A stretch of 62,425 nucleotides of DNA, filler included, from Choristocarpus tenellus KU-1152 (Eukaryota; Protista; Phaeophyceae): NCBI GenBank assembly GCA_964200185.2. It is 11 parts of 11 records of this genome, joined end to end, with 100 filler letters (N's around TTAATTAATTAA, not from the genome) between each part and the next. Parts side by side here need not be neighbours in the genome. Positions count along the whole stretch, not along the records: positions 21,344 to 26,702 come from CAXNAD020011044.1; positions 26,803 to 36,096 come from CAXNAD020003808.1; positions 36,197 to 41,444 come from CAXNAD020011359.1; 8 more parts are not named here. One strand, 5' to 3'. Position numbers and translations under genes: made by a program. How positions within the stretch are numbered: position 1 is the stretch's first letter; each line of letters starts with the position of its first letter. Below, in pieces: positions 26,115 to 38,271 of the stretch. The notes beneath the pieces were generated by a model, which saw nothing but the letters and a program-made list of their open reading frames with translations, made no database searches and was not told the DNA's origin.

Positions 26115-27295
26115 GTGTCCAAATGACGTGATGTGCAGTACATTATAAATTTATGCTCACATACATGGTGTTTTTGCATGGCAGATGGCTGGGGTGCGTG
26201 AATGTTGAAAGGCTCTCTTGTTCGGTTGGGAAGGGAGAAGGGGGGGAGGGGGGAAAGGGGGGGTTGGCCTGTACATTGATTGAGTGGGTAGGTACAAGTA
26301 AGAGCTTTTCCGGTGTTATGTGTGTGTGTGTGTTATGTGTGATGTTATTTCTGATGTTGTTTCTCCTTGTTATCAGAAAAAACAGAGGGTGTTCTTCGCC
26401 TTCGAATTCGCACAGAACAGAAAAAATATAACATTTTTTTTGTTTTTTTCATGTTTTGTGGTACTCGGTGTATATATACTGTGTTAGGTTGGGACGTATT
26501 CCATTGAGTTGAACCACTCCTCGTAGGCAATGAGAGTGTCGCAATGAAGGGGGTAAAAGAGTGCGTGTTACATACATTATCCATCTGACGCATGCAACAA
26601 AATCACCCAAAAATCGCAACATGGAAAAATGGGCCCCAAATGGACAGCCCAGCCCCCCCCCCCCCCCCCACCCCTCCCCCCACCTCCTCCCTCCCACTTC
26701 TGNNNNNNNNNNNNNNNNNNNNNNNNNNNNNNNNNNNNNNNNNNNNTTAATTAATTAANNNNNNNNNNNNNNNNNNNNNNNNNNNNNNNNNNNNNNNNNN
26801 NNTCACCACTCCTAGATACTTTGAGCCAGGGTCAAAAACGGATGCCGGCACCCCCCCCCCCCCAGATACTTTGGCCCAGAAAGGAATCCACAAGGGAGGG
26901 GAGCAATAGAGAAAATGCGGTTTTTATAAATGCAAGATTCAGGACGAGCAAGAGCTTTAGATGTAAACACTGTAGCACATTACTACAGTTTCTTACTTTC
27001 AATTTTTTTAGGGTTAGATTAGGGTTAGGGTCAGGTGCAAGATCAGTACTGTTGACGTTATGATGATTAATACCGCCAACGTTATCATGATCGATTCAAC
27101 ATGCACAAAAGCAATGTATGACACGTTCACAACATTATGGACAAGTCACACCTGACTCAATCCAACATATAACCCTCTCTACTATGCCCAGGTACACATC
27201 CATTGAGGGAGGTGAACTCATTCTTGAACATGGAGTTCTCTCTGCCTTCAGAATCTTTCCCACCCAACTCGAGTGCCACCTTGCAGCAGACCCAC

Positions 27296-27556
27296 CTGGC
27301 CACCAACAACGTCTTCCATGTCCTGGTTGTGCTCATCTTGCATGTCTTCATCTCTCCCCTCCCTCTCCTCTACCTCTGCCTCCTCAACTCTCTCATCATA
27401 GTTCAGCCACTCAACAATCCATGAGATGGCTCCAAGGACCTGATGGGATTTATTTCCCGGGGGGTGGGAGTGGGGGGGGGGGGGGGGGAAATAGGGGTTA
27501 GGGGGGGGGGTAAAGGAAGGAGGGNNNNNNNNNNCTCTCCCCACGGGGCGTGGCGT

Positions 27557-27588
<32 letters not shown>

Positions 27589-30500
27589 AATTAGGGTTAG
27601 AGTGTGGGTTGAAGGAACGAGGGTGTGAACATGCAGGAGATGCCTGAACACTCAAGATACATTGTGAGGGACGAATGTCTCTTTACTCTTAATACAAAAA
27701 AAAGTTCTACAAGAAACAAAAATACTATACGGGATAAAAAAAATATAATAGACTAGTTTACCTGAAAAAGCCATGAATAATTTTTTTTTGTTGAAGTAAT
27801 GAATTATTATTATATTTTGTTACTTCAAAACGAAACGGAGTTAAATTGGGTCTTCCTCAAGCAATCTGGATACACTGCCTCAACCTATTCACGCATATCA
27901 GTGTGGGGTGTGTCATGAGGGTATGACCAATGCAACTAAACATTGAGCAGGGATTAAATTAAGGTAGTTGACGTCCTCGTCACAAGCACACACCATCATC
28001 AGTGCTTTTCTCCAGACTGGGTAAACAAGACAGGACCGGACCTTTGCCCAGTCCAGGTAATTTTTTTTTTCAGAACCAGTCCAGGGCCATCAAATATCAA
28101 GTGACCCAGACTGCAGGCCAGCCCTGGTGAAACATGGTGTGACATGGCTGTCCATGACTGTCAGACATAGCAACCAGACCTGGCCATAGGCCAGTCTACA
28201 GCCTCGCTAAGACACATGAGCAGATGATACGGAGCTTGTCGGGTCACCTGTCAGCTAATCATACTATGATGACCAAAATGTATGCAGCTCGAGGCATTTA
28301 AAAAGTGGTTTCATTCCCACATGCGTTTCACTGAGCGTTACTACTATTAATGTTATTGTTCTTATTGTTAGGTATTGGTAATGCCCCACTTCAGGTACCA
28401 GAAAATGCTGCCGTGGGGGTATATTCAGGTATATATGCATTTCAATTTCTACTACAGCGTGTATGAAATAGTAAACAGGCTCTAGAGTTTTGTTTTGATG
28501 ACTAACAAGCGCCATGACCTCGTACCACCTGGACAAACTCAAGCCAGCAACGACAACACAAGTGCTTGATTGACTTCCTCTCTTTCCAATTTACAATATT
28601 CTCCCCTTCACCTCTCACCCCTACAGGACAGCATCTATTGCGTGGCCACGGCATATGCTGTATATATTGGAACCATTTTTTCTTTTGTCTGACATATTTT
28701 GACCCGGCAGGTCCGACCTGTGTTGACTGGTCAGTCCGGCTACCGCACTACAATGTTCAGGACCGTCAGAGCTTTGGACTGGATGCTGACTCACCCCTGG
28801 CAAAATATCTTTTAACAAAATATCTTTTAACAGGACCGGTCCACGACCAACAGGGTCTTCAACTGGACAGGACAGTGGGCCAGTCCCAGTGAAACATGCT
28901 TCGGAAGGGCAGCTCTAAGACCATCAAAGACGCAATCGGACAGGGTCATGGGCTGACCCGTGCCACAGGGTAGTGAAAATGCTGCATACCACTAACCCTT
29001 AACCAAACCCTGGAAAGGTATTATTATTGTCAATATTATTATTATTAATACATGTTATTACTATTATTATTGTAAAGTAAGAACAGCAGAGGCTTTTTCA
29101 AATGGCACGTGTGCTAGATCCACCGTTATCACTAACTCCACCAAAGCAATGTCCAAATGGGAAAGGGAGATTGGGCTCCATTGCCATCCTTTTATTCCTC
29201 ATGGTATAAGCATATAAGCATCATGGTCACTGGTGGGGCAAAGCCTTGGATCGTACTAGAGTACTAGCTAACCATAGCCCCAATTCCAACCCTCATGCAC
29301 CAATAAACAACAAAAAATGAAAATTATGCATAACTGTACCTAAGGGGCACGCGTGTTTATAAAAGACATTCCTGTGAAAGGGGAAAGGATGGGGATCAAC
29401 ATAGAAAAGGTTTAAACCTAAGGGAACTGTTATCTGTTGAATGTGATATCTCTGAGGTCCACATACAGCCTAGCTCAGAAACAGTTGGCATCTGACCATA
29501 ATACTGTGTTTGTCCAGTCACTTTGGAAGAGGCTTCCCTTTCATCTGCTGCACATGCAGACGTGTACTAAAAGAAAAAAATCCTGAAACAAAAAGGCCGT
29601 GGTGAGATTGAAGAAAACCTACAGCATACTACATTGAAAAAAATCAGCTACAACCTACTGCTGTCAATTGGGACAGACACCTCTTACGAGATGTGATGAA
29701 ATTAAGGTAGGTACAAGAGCATTTCCACAAAAGCCTCTGACTGAATCCTTATAGTGCAAGGGAGATGCACACTTTACAAAGCCTATGAATGCTCGGGCAA
29801 TAACTGCCATCGCTATTCTCGGTTGAATGTCAGGTTGCCAAAGAAAACTCAAAACTCAAATAGCAATATACCTTGGGCCATGTTTGGGGAGCTCCCACAG
29901 CTGCAAGAGATGACCTACTGAGCTGAAAGGGGTAGTGGAAAGCCCTAAGCATGGGTATCACGTCATCCTCAAATCTTCCCGGAGCCTGTGTGGGGTTGAC
30001 AGGGGTTAACCCAAGATGAGCGAGAGTGACTGACAAGAGGAAACTCATGCTGTATGGTAGAGCATCGTTCGTTGCGATCCCTCCAGTCACATGACTGCCA
30101 TCGCCACAGAGAAGACTTGAAAAATAGGGTAGTTGGTAAGTATATTAAGCATGTTAGTCAGTATAGGTGATCCGCATTTAAACAGGACCACCTCGATCCC
30201 AATTGAAAAGTTGAATGTAGATTTGTTGGTGCTGGTAAATTAACGCCCTCACCATGTAGTTGGGGTCGATCTGGCGGAAAAGGAAGCCCATTATGTTGTT
30301 GAAATCTCTTCCACTTGGACTTGTGAGGGTCTTTGGCTTGATAGGCTGATCATATCGGTGCTCACTGAGGTATTCCACCAGATTTCGGATGCACTGACCC
30401 ACATAGTTCTTGTCATGCAGGGGGCGGGGATCTGATTTTACCACTCCCCCCCCTCCGCCGTATGCGCTTGACCGCCGGTGGCCAACCGAACCTTTCCGAT

Positions 30501-30723
30501 CTCCAACGGATGAAGCCAGACTCGGGCGTGAACCCCCTCCGGCACCAGGCCTCCTCCCTCCGCCCGCCGTTGAAATGCTGAAGCGTGATGTCTTAGGGCC
30601 AGGAGCCAGGGAAGTTCGCTTTGTTGGTGCCAGAGACGAACGAGCTGAATTCGCCCCATTGGCACGGTTGTTGAGAGAAGAACTCGATACAGCCGCTAAT
30701 GTCGTACGCCGCCTCGTTGCCAT
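27296..30723 (-). CDS. NDC80: Kinetochore protein NDC80/HEC1, 5' three exons (partial)
   Basis: Exons 30723..30253, 29985..29872 and 27439..27296. Basic disordered N-tail followed by the CH-domain signature DPRPLHDKNY...LTSPSGRDFNNIMGFLFRQIDPNY / FEDDVIPMLRAFHYPFQLSRSSLAAVGAPQTWPK / VLGAISWIVE. Confidence 0.95.
28000..28984. mobile_element. Possible non-autonomous DNA transposon in NDC80 intron 2
   Basis: Imperfect termini CAGTGCTTTTC...GAAAATGCTG, flanked by CAT on both sides, with many subterminal GACCGG/CCAGTCC-type motifs. Confidence 0.35.
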
Positions 30724-31205
30724 GTTTTACGGGAGGAGTAGCTTCCACGGCCAATCAAGGGCACCTACTCTATGTCGCTGATGAGGGGTGAGAGATATCA
30801 CCCCCGTTGGGGAATTGAACGCGGAGGTTGTGTGACAGGCCGTCGAGCAGGCACGCTTCTGTATTGACTGCGGTCAGCTCCTCGACGATGTCTATGGATG
30901 CTGAAGGGAAGGAGAAACGGCGTTCACACTTCTGTCTTTCCTTTGATACCTTGAAAAAATGTTGTTGAGGGATTTCGAATTGAATCATGGTCCGTTAACT
31001 ACTTTCACTCGTCATTTTTTGTGTTCATGCAATTAGCACCAGAAAGTTAAACTGAAACATTGATTACAACTTGAAGTATTTAACCAATATGGAGTCGATA
31101 TGCCAACGCCTTCACCCCAGATTATTGTATGTGGCCGTTTGTTGTTTGGTGTCAGAAATTCCTTTCAGTTAGGAAGAGGAAAAGGAGAGGAGACGTCCTC
31201 CTCGA
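30724..31205. promoter_or_regulatory. Putative bidirectional promoter between NDC80 and the divergent coiled-coil gene
   Basis: Only 482 bp separate the divergent ATGs. The interval is repeat-free and CpG-rich, with CCAAT at 30751 and 31084 and AACGG/CCGTT at 30804, 30916, 30992 and 31135. Confidence 0.7.
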
Positions 31206-34200
31206 ATGGATTCGTCCCCCTTCGTACGCTCCCGGAGGGCGTCACCGATTAGGCCCGAGCAAAGGAAAAAGAAAAGCGTGCGGTGGGATGTTCAGGGTAA
31301 CCCCTCAGAGCAAGCATCGAAGGAGGGGTTCAAGGAGAATACTAGCCCCATCCCTCACAATAGTGGCAGGCAAAGGATAGTGAAAGGTGCTGAATCCCGA
31401 ACACAACTTCTTGGTCCAGCTGGTCGGTCTTTTGTAGGGAAGCCAGCTGAAGTGGGATGTGAAAGTGACGCTTCTGCTCCTGCAGTCAGGCGAGTTGGAA
31501 CCGGAGCAATAAGCGGGGGGGCAGTTCGTGTGAAGACTCCGTACAAGTCCAAACGTCCCACAGTAAAGCCGGGTATTGACGAGGGGATATCTTCATTTTC
31601 GTCGTCATCATTCCTCGGGCAATCTGCGGTGGAAACCGGGCGGTCCAGCATATTGTCGTCGCCCAAATCGTCAAGCCTTCACGACATCGAAATTGAACTG
31701 CAACCCACCCCCTGTGAGCCCGCAATTGGTCTACGCTCCAATCCACCATTACGCATCGCCGTGCCAAGAACTCCAGTTGCAGATAATCGAGGGCATGGCA
31801 CTGGACATACTCGTCCGTTAGGCGTAGGATTACGAGATGTAGCTGGAGGATATGGCAATGCTGACAATGATGCACCCCAACTCTCTCCGGCTTCCTTCGT
31901 TGGGGAGGAACAGCCCTTGGATTACCTACGTGCTCCGTCACCATCCTCTAAGTCACCCAGAAGCTGTGCATGGAATACCCCAAGCAAGGTTTGATTTTGA
32001 TATTTGAGAGGGTTATACGCTGGACGATCTCATCCTCGTGCGCATGACGTTACCAATCACACTTTACGCTTTGTTGAATACCACAATTTACAAATTTAAG
32101 CACACGTTTGGTCAATCTATACCAACCCTAATTGCCTAGCACCACCGATCATTTTTGTATGCTGAAGATGTTTACATGTCATCCGCGATTGTTCTGCTTG
32201 CCATCAGTTTCGTCGGGAGCAGTCAGCTTCAAAAGAAGCCGTAAAATCCAGCCAAAGAAGGACGCCCAAGGGATCACCCGATTGCTTCAAGTTTTCGAGT
32301 GAAGCAGAGAACCCAAGAAATTCCATCAGTATCATGCAGTCATCCACAATCGAGGTCAATGTGTGGCCGCATGCCTCCCTGCACCACGTAGAGTGCACAG
32401 TTAGTTGGATGTGCAATAGATGACCATGTCATGTCCACCCCTGTGACCTCATTTGATACATTGCTACTCTGTGGTGCAAGATACTCTGTGTGTAAACATT
32501 GCCTGGACCCAAGACATGCTGCAACCAATGCTGTAATATGCTTGACCTAATTTGGGACTTGCCAACCTCCCTTTCTTGGCGGACCCCTGCTTGCATACAC
32601 AATTCAGCCCTCCTTCTTGTCTGAGGATGGTTGTGAGACCTCAATTATCATTGCTGGGGGTTGCAGCTGTGAGCATCAGGTGGGATGCTTGGCAGTGGGC
32701 AATGGTGTGGGGGGCATAAGAGATGAGGAGAGTGGCAAAGGACAGCGAGATTCAGATGGGGTCGGGGGGGACCCCATGGAGCTAAAGTGTCGGTTGGAAG
32801 AGCTCCAAGCCAATGTTGCCAATCTGGAAGAGGAGAAGGTGATTGCTATTGTGTTGTTGTGAGAGATCACAAAGCTAGAGGATAGAAATATAAGAAATTA
32901 ACTGAACAGCGCCCTTGGCAAGAAGGGCAAGTATGCTCCTCCTCCTCCTCCTCCTCCTCTTCCTACCCCACCTGTCATGTACTGGTTTGTTCCTATCTTA
33001 CAACCTGAAAAAGAATCTTCGCACGTTTTCCTTGGTATTCCCTAATTCACTTGGTGGCAACAACTATCGTATGTATGATTTTGTGCAAGCTCCCAACAGT
33101 CCAGGACCGTAGTCACCCCTACAGCCCATTTCTGTTTGCCAACATTATTTTCCCAGGTAGCCCTGAATATGGCACTTGCGCCTCTGGAGGAACGTCTGAG
33201 GTTACGGGAGAGAGCATGGGAAACAGAGAGGAGTGAGCTTGAAAGTAAGTTGTTTGAAAGCGGACAGGCAGCTAAGTCTGCGGAGAGGCGATGCCGTGAG
33301 TTGGAAGAGGAGAGGACTGCTGCTGCCATGGAAAGGTGAGGGTTGGGGTAAAGGTAGTGGTTGGCTGTGTGGATGGTTGGTGCAAGTATATGGGTTACAT
33401 TGGCAAAAGAAATATAGTTGTTTAGGTGTTGCTTTGAGTTGTTGATGGTTGGTGATTTGTCGAGTGGTGTTAATGGTTTGCTGGGGTAGTGATGGCACAG
33501 GAGACATTGGTTAAAACTGTGGATACAGGTTGTATGAGTGAAGGGATGTGCTTGTGCGTGCGTGCGTGTGTGTGTTGCAGTGGCACTCTAAAAGTAGGGC
33601 AACAAGTTAGATACACAGCGATCTGCTTATGGGAGAGGTTTTACAGCATTTAGTTATAAACTTCTTTGCTATTGCTAATCCCTAATGCACTGTTGCATGT
33701 GGAATTGATACAGGAGAGGTTTTACAATATACGACTAGAATTTTTTTTGCTATAGCTAATCCCTGATATGCTGTTGGATTGTGGTCTTCCACTTGGGGGA
33801 AGGTATGAATGGGATCATTATATTAGGCACCACAATCAGTGCAAACGATCATGATCTTGACTCACCTGTGTAACTAGATAGCTGCAATGAAACTCGAGAT
33901 CAACAAATTTTGGCTGTAGCCAAAATCCATTCGATTGTTGCTTGTGAGCTTACCTTGACTTGGGGCAAACAAAACGCCTCTCGTGGACATGACCATTTTA
34001 TGTTGTTGCAGGAAGCTGATTGCCCTGAAATGGTCATGTTCACAGACGTTGCATCCTCTTATGCCTCCAAGTATTCTGCAATATGCAAGGAAGATTATTA
34101 GCTTTTCTGTGACCCTTGGTTACTGTGTCTTTTTGTTTTGCCAACCCGATTACAGTAGGAGAGTTCCTTCAAACCACGGCATGATAGCTCCACTACATGG

Positions 34201-35758
34201 ATTTTTCATAATGAGCAGATGGCCAGTTCTTGATCAGCTACACCCCCCCTCCCCCTGGGTTGTATCTCATGTGTGTTTGAACTCCCAATCTGTCACAATT
34301 CTCGATGTAAATGAACTTTTGTTGGTTTTCTATTACTATACCGCAGTGTATACTGTATGATGTGAGCGTGGTCTGTTGCTGTTTGCCCAAGTATCTCCTT
34401 GTTTCAAAACACGCATGTGTCGTTCTCGTACCCTCTGACCCTAACCCTAAACCTTTTTAGACTGAATGTTTAGACAAAGAACCAATAGCTCGAGTCGTTA
34501 AAGAACAGTTTTTTATGTCATAATTAGAATGATAATACTTTGAACTTTCTTCTCAATTAGCCGTAAGTGTGGTTGACCCTTATTTCAAGGAGGCCGTAAA
34601 CGCTAATCCCATAGGATTGTGTTCTGATTTATTGCAGTCCTCTGGAATAAATGAGGAAAAAAAAATGTTTCTGTAAAGACATCAGATGCCAGTGCAGCAT
34701 GGAGATGTCCGTACAGGCCTGATCGTTTTGCTTATTTAGGAACTGGACAACCATTCTGAATCTTTGTTTGGGCTTGTTTATATTTCTTCTGCTTAAGAAG
34801 ATACAAAGATGTTACATTTAATTTTTTGTGTCGATATTTTGCATTGTTCTTTCAATCCCTTTTCTTTTGGCTCTCTCTCCCTCTCTCCCTCTCCCCCCCT
34901 CTCCCTCTCCCCCTCTCTCGCTCTCCCTTTGTTTGTACTCAGGCACAAGGCCCAGGCTGAACTGAGACGTCTACGAACAGAGGTAGAGGACAAAGAGACC
35001 AAGACGGCCGAGAGCTTCTGGCAACGGACAGTCGTGGCCAGCAGGGAGAGGACGAGGTTGGAGTCAGAGCTGAGTCAGGCGAAGGACAAGGTATTGCACC
35101 CATGTAGCTTCCGTCTGGCTTTTTGACTCCATGCAACTGTCTATGGTCATTTTTTTGTGCCTTTCAAATTTTTATTTTTTCTTCTTGTTCTTGTTCTTCG
35201 AGGAATTTTGATTTTGATTGTCATGAAACGCCTTCTGGTGGCAAGGGAAGTTTACGGAGAGTGAAGGGATAAAGCGTGATGGGTTTGTCTTGCTTGCTTG
35301 CTTGCTTACTGGAGAAATATGTTGTGGGGCAACGGATGAGATGTGGTTGTGGAGATGGGAAATGGGTTGATGTGATGCTAGGTAGGGTTAGCTGCAGGGC
35401 TTACATTATGTTTTCAAGATTGCTGGGTTGAGAGTCGGACCTCGTATGGTTTACCTGCATATTGCAAGTGTTGCTTGTGAAGCTGTGGGATGTTTTTTGC
35501 TGCGATTTTGGTTGCTTTTGTCCCGCTAACAATGTGTAAGAACAATAAATGGCGCCTGAGTACCCTTAAGTTTGTTGCATGATGAGTAAAGTGATGCTCA
35601 TTTCCACGTACTCCATCCCACCCCCCCTGTCCATCATTTGGTAATGCCGAGGTCAGGTGGAGATGGTGTCTAGGGAAAAGGCCATTCTGGAAGGAGGGCT
35701 GCAGCCCACCAAGGACGAATTAGAATCAATGAGGAATAAGCTTGTCGAAGCGGAAAGG
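31206..35758 (+). CDS. Unknown protein: long S/P-rich disordered N-terminus with an RVxF-type motif, followed by coiled coil (5' six exons, partial)
   Basis: Exons 31206..31988, 32208..32354, 32680..32838, 33157..33335, 34943..35090 and 35657..~35758 splice in frame. Heptad-rich segments include LEELQANVANLEEEK, LEERLRLRERAWETERSELESKL and AELRRLRTEVEDKE. Confidence 0.8.
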
Positions 35759-36197
35759 GTGAGATGCAGACAAGAGCAGCTGCTTGGTAATGTCAATATT
35801 GTATGCTGGAGTACAAATCGATCAGCTTGTATCTTTAAGGGGGGGTGGATGGGGTTCTGGTTGGGTTAAATATGTATATATGTTGGTTGGGGTGCTCCAT
35901 ATTGCATGTGTTACTTATCAGAGGTGTTGATTTCCTTTGGGTGTTTTTTTCACAAGGGCATGTGCATTTATTGTTGCTGTGCTGTGGATCTCATGTTGAT
36001 TTTCAGCGTGTCTGGACTTGATGCAAGAGACTATTATTATGATTCTTCCCAGAATATATTGAAGGGTTGTCACCCCCCCCCACCCCCTGCACCTTGNNNN
36101 NNNNNNNNNNNNNNNNNNNNNNNNNNNNNNNNNNNNNNNNTTAATTAATTAANNNNNNNNNNNNNNNNNNNNNNNNNNNNNNNNNNNNNNNNNNNNC

Positions 36198-36554
36198 TTG
36201 GTTGTGGAAGATCATCCCCTGCTAATAATGTACAAGACGATGGGGGGGGGGCGCCCTCTCGCAGGCACTGATAACCATCTCAGATGCCACCAGGACATGA
36301 TTCTTCTCACGCACAACGATGGGACAGAGTTCACGTGCAACAAGCGAGTCACCGTCGACGACATCTTTGGCCACGGGAGTGATCCATCTCCTCCGGTGCT
36401 CCAAACCATATGTGACGGCGAGTACCAAGGTGCTGCGACGGACATCCCCATGAGGGCCCTCCACTTCCTCGGTAACAGGTTCGTTAATTACGTTACATAC
36501 GCCCTTCTTCATGGGAGCAATGAGCTTTTTTGTATAGGTGTAGATCATCGTTAA
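36198..36554 (+). CDS. 3' end of an unidentified ORF (CpG-rich, no intron seen), truncated by contig start
   Basis: 118-codon open frame with G/C-rich third positions. The overlapping minus-strand ORF reads like its antisense shadow. No family recognised. Confidence 0.35.
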   Translation: MVVEDHPLLIMYKTMGGGRPLAGTDNHLRCHQDMILLTHNDGTEFTCNKRVTVDDIFGHGSDPSPPVLQTICDGEYQGAATDIPMRALHFLGNRFVNYVTYALLHGSNELFCIGVDHR

Positions 36555-37299
36555 ACAGTAACGCAACAAGCTGGGCGACGGTTCAGGGGCATCAAACCGT
36601 ACCATGAGTGTGTTTCCCTGAATCAGTACGTTACGCGTCAAACCGCACCATGAGTGTGTGTTGCCCTGAATCAGTACGTTACTCGTACATTGCCATATGA
36701 TGAATCCGCGCGCAATACAATGTACTCCTCGGGATAATTTTCGACTCGCCCTCCTATGTCCTACTACAGCCTTCGTGGGATGGATTCCCATTCGTACCAG
36801 GGCCCTCCAAAAGTGCCGCAAGATTTACAAAAAAGAACATCTGTGCACTTTCCGCGCACCATTCCGGGTCTCGCTCATCCTCCATAAAAAGCTCCATCCT
36901 CCATTTTGGTGATCGGCTGTTTTAGTGACTTTGACATTTTCTTCTATAATGTTACGTAGGTATTCCGAATCTTACTCTGCATCTTCTACGAAATCATTTA
37001 TTTTGTAAGTAAGGCTACCTGTGTGTTATTGATATCGTATATAGTTCGTACTTGTAGAACGCGAGAAACAATCCTCACACTATACGTCTGTCACAGATTT
37101 TCGTATTTCCTAAAACGTGGGGAGAAAATGCTGGCGCTATTCGCGTATAACAAATGCTCGCACTTCGTTGGAACACAAGAAGAAACGCTCGCGCTATTCG
37201 CCTGTAACGTTTATTCGAGAAAGAGAAAAGTGAAAGAGGTACGTTGAGTGGCTCTCAAAAGCACTCTTATATATTAGCGTCATCCACCCGATTTTTACA

Positions 37300-37449
37300 G
37301 AACCCAAAGTATCTGGGGGGGGGAGGAGGGTCTGCACCAGGGTGTCCATTTGGTCCATCCAACGTATCCAACCAAATCACACAAATGTAGCGACATGAAA
37401 AAATGACCCCAAATGGACAGCTTCCACCCTCCCCCAGATACTTTGAGCC
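37300..37449. mobile_element. MITE family A, internally deleted copy
   Basis: ACA|GAACCCAAAGTATCTGGGG...CCAGATACTTTGAGCC|ACA. Confidence 0.8.
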
Positions 37450-37499
37450 ACAGGCTACAAGTTGAAAGACATCTGTAAGCTGTTGTTTACGTACTCAAA

Positions 37500-37685
37500 T
37501 TACAAATCTCTTCTGTAACTTCTAGGAAATCGGCATTCATTCTGTAAGGTCACCTATGTGCTACGAATCTTATTCGGTAACTTCTAGTAAATCGGTATTT
37601 ATTCTGTAAGATTACTTACGCATTACAAATATTACTTCTACACCTTCTAGCAAATCAAAGTTTCTCTTGTAAGAATCCTTACGTG
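37500..37685. repeat. Degenerate ~60-bp tandem repeat (three units; related unit near 36965)
   Basis: Recurrent TAC(A/G)AAT...CTTCTAG.AAATC...TGTAAG units. Confidence 0.7.
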
Positions 37686-38089
37686 TGTATAGTGCTCGCG
37701 CTTATTAGGACACGAGAAGAAATACTCGCGCTATTCGCCTGTAACACAAATTCGTCCAGAATGCTGTGGACCTGGCTATCAACTGCTGCTTGAAGCCCTT
37801 GACCCGAGAATACGGACAAACTCTCAAGGTTCCCTCCGCATCTTCTGATTGCTGCTGTGGAAGCAGCTAATTCAGGAACATATGGCAATGTGTTGAGCTT
37901 CTCAGCCGTTGGCAAGGCTAGGAGTAATAAGTCAAAATTACATCGAAATTGCAACATTGGATTTTGGCCCCCAAATGGACACGGCTCTACCCTCTAAGAT
38001 ACTTCGACTCAATGGTTGTCTACAACTCCTTCCCCTCTTATCATGTAAAGTATTTGTCCGAGATATACTTGGGGCTGTGGTGAAGCTCG

Positions 38090-38271
38090 GACCCAAAGTA
38101 TCTGTGGGGGGGGGGATATTACACTAGGGTGTACATTTGGGCCATAACCAGAAACAGTCCACTTACATTTTATCCATCTGACGTAAGCAACCAAATCACC
38201 CAAAAGTCGCGACATGAAAAAATTGACCCCAAATGGACAGCCGCCACCCCCTCCCCCAGATACTTTGAGCC
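38090..38271. mobile_element. MITE family A, complete copy
   Basis: TCG|GACCCAAAGTATCTG...CAGATACTTTGAGCC|TCG (3-bp TSD). Confidence 0.88.

Noticed and set aside
30778-30810. CTGATGA followed by a GGGGTGA/TCACCCC hairpin as a hammerhead ribozyme
   Set aside because: The required GAAA after stem II is absent (CGTTGG follows), so it is only a short hairpin.
31206-35758. Calling the divergent gene KNL1/Spc105
   Set aside because: There is no canonical SILK plus RVSF pair or MELT array, and the C-terminus is not in the window.
36222-36821. 199-aa minus-strand ORF as a gene
   Set aside because: Its 3' half reads as the antisense shadow of the plus-strand frame, and its 5' half translates a DNA direct repeat.
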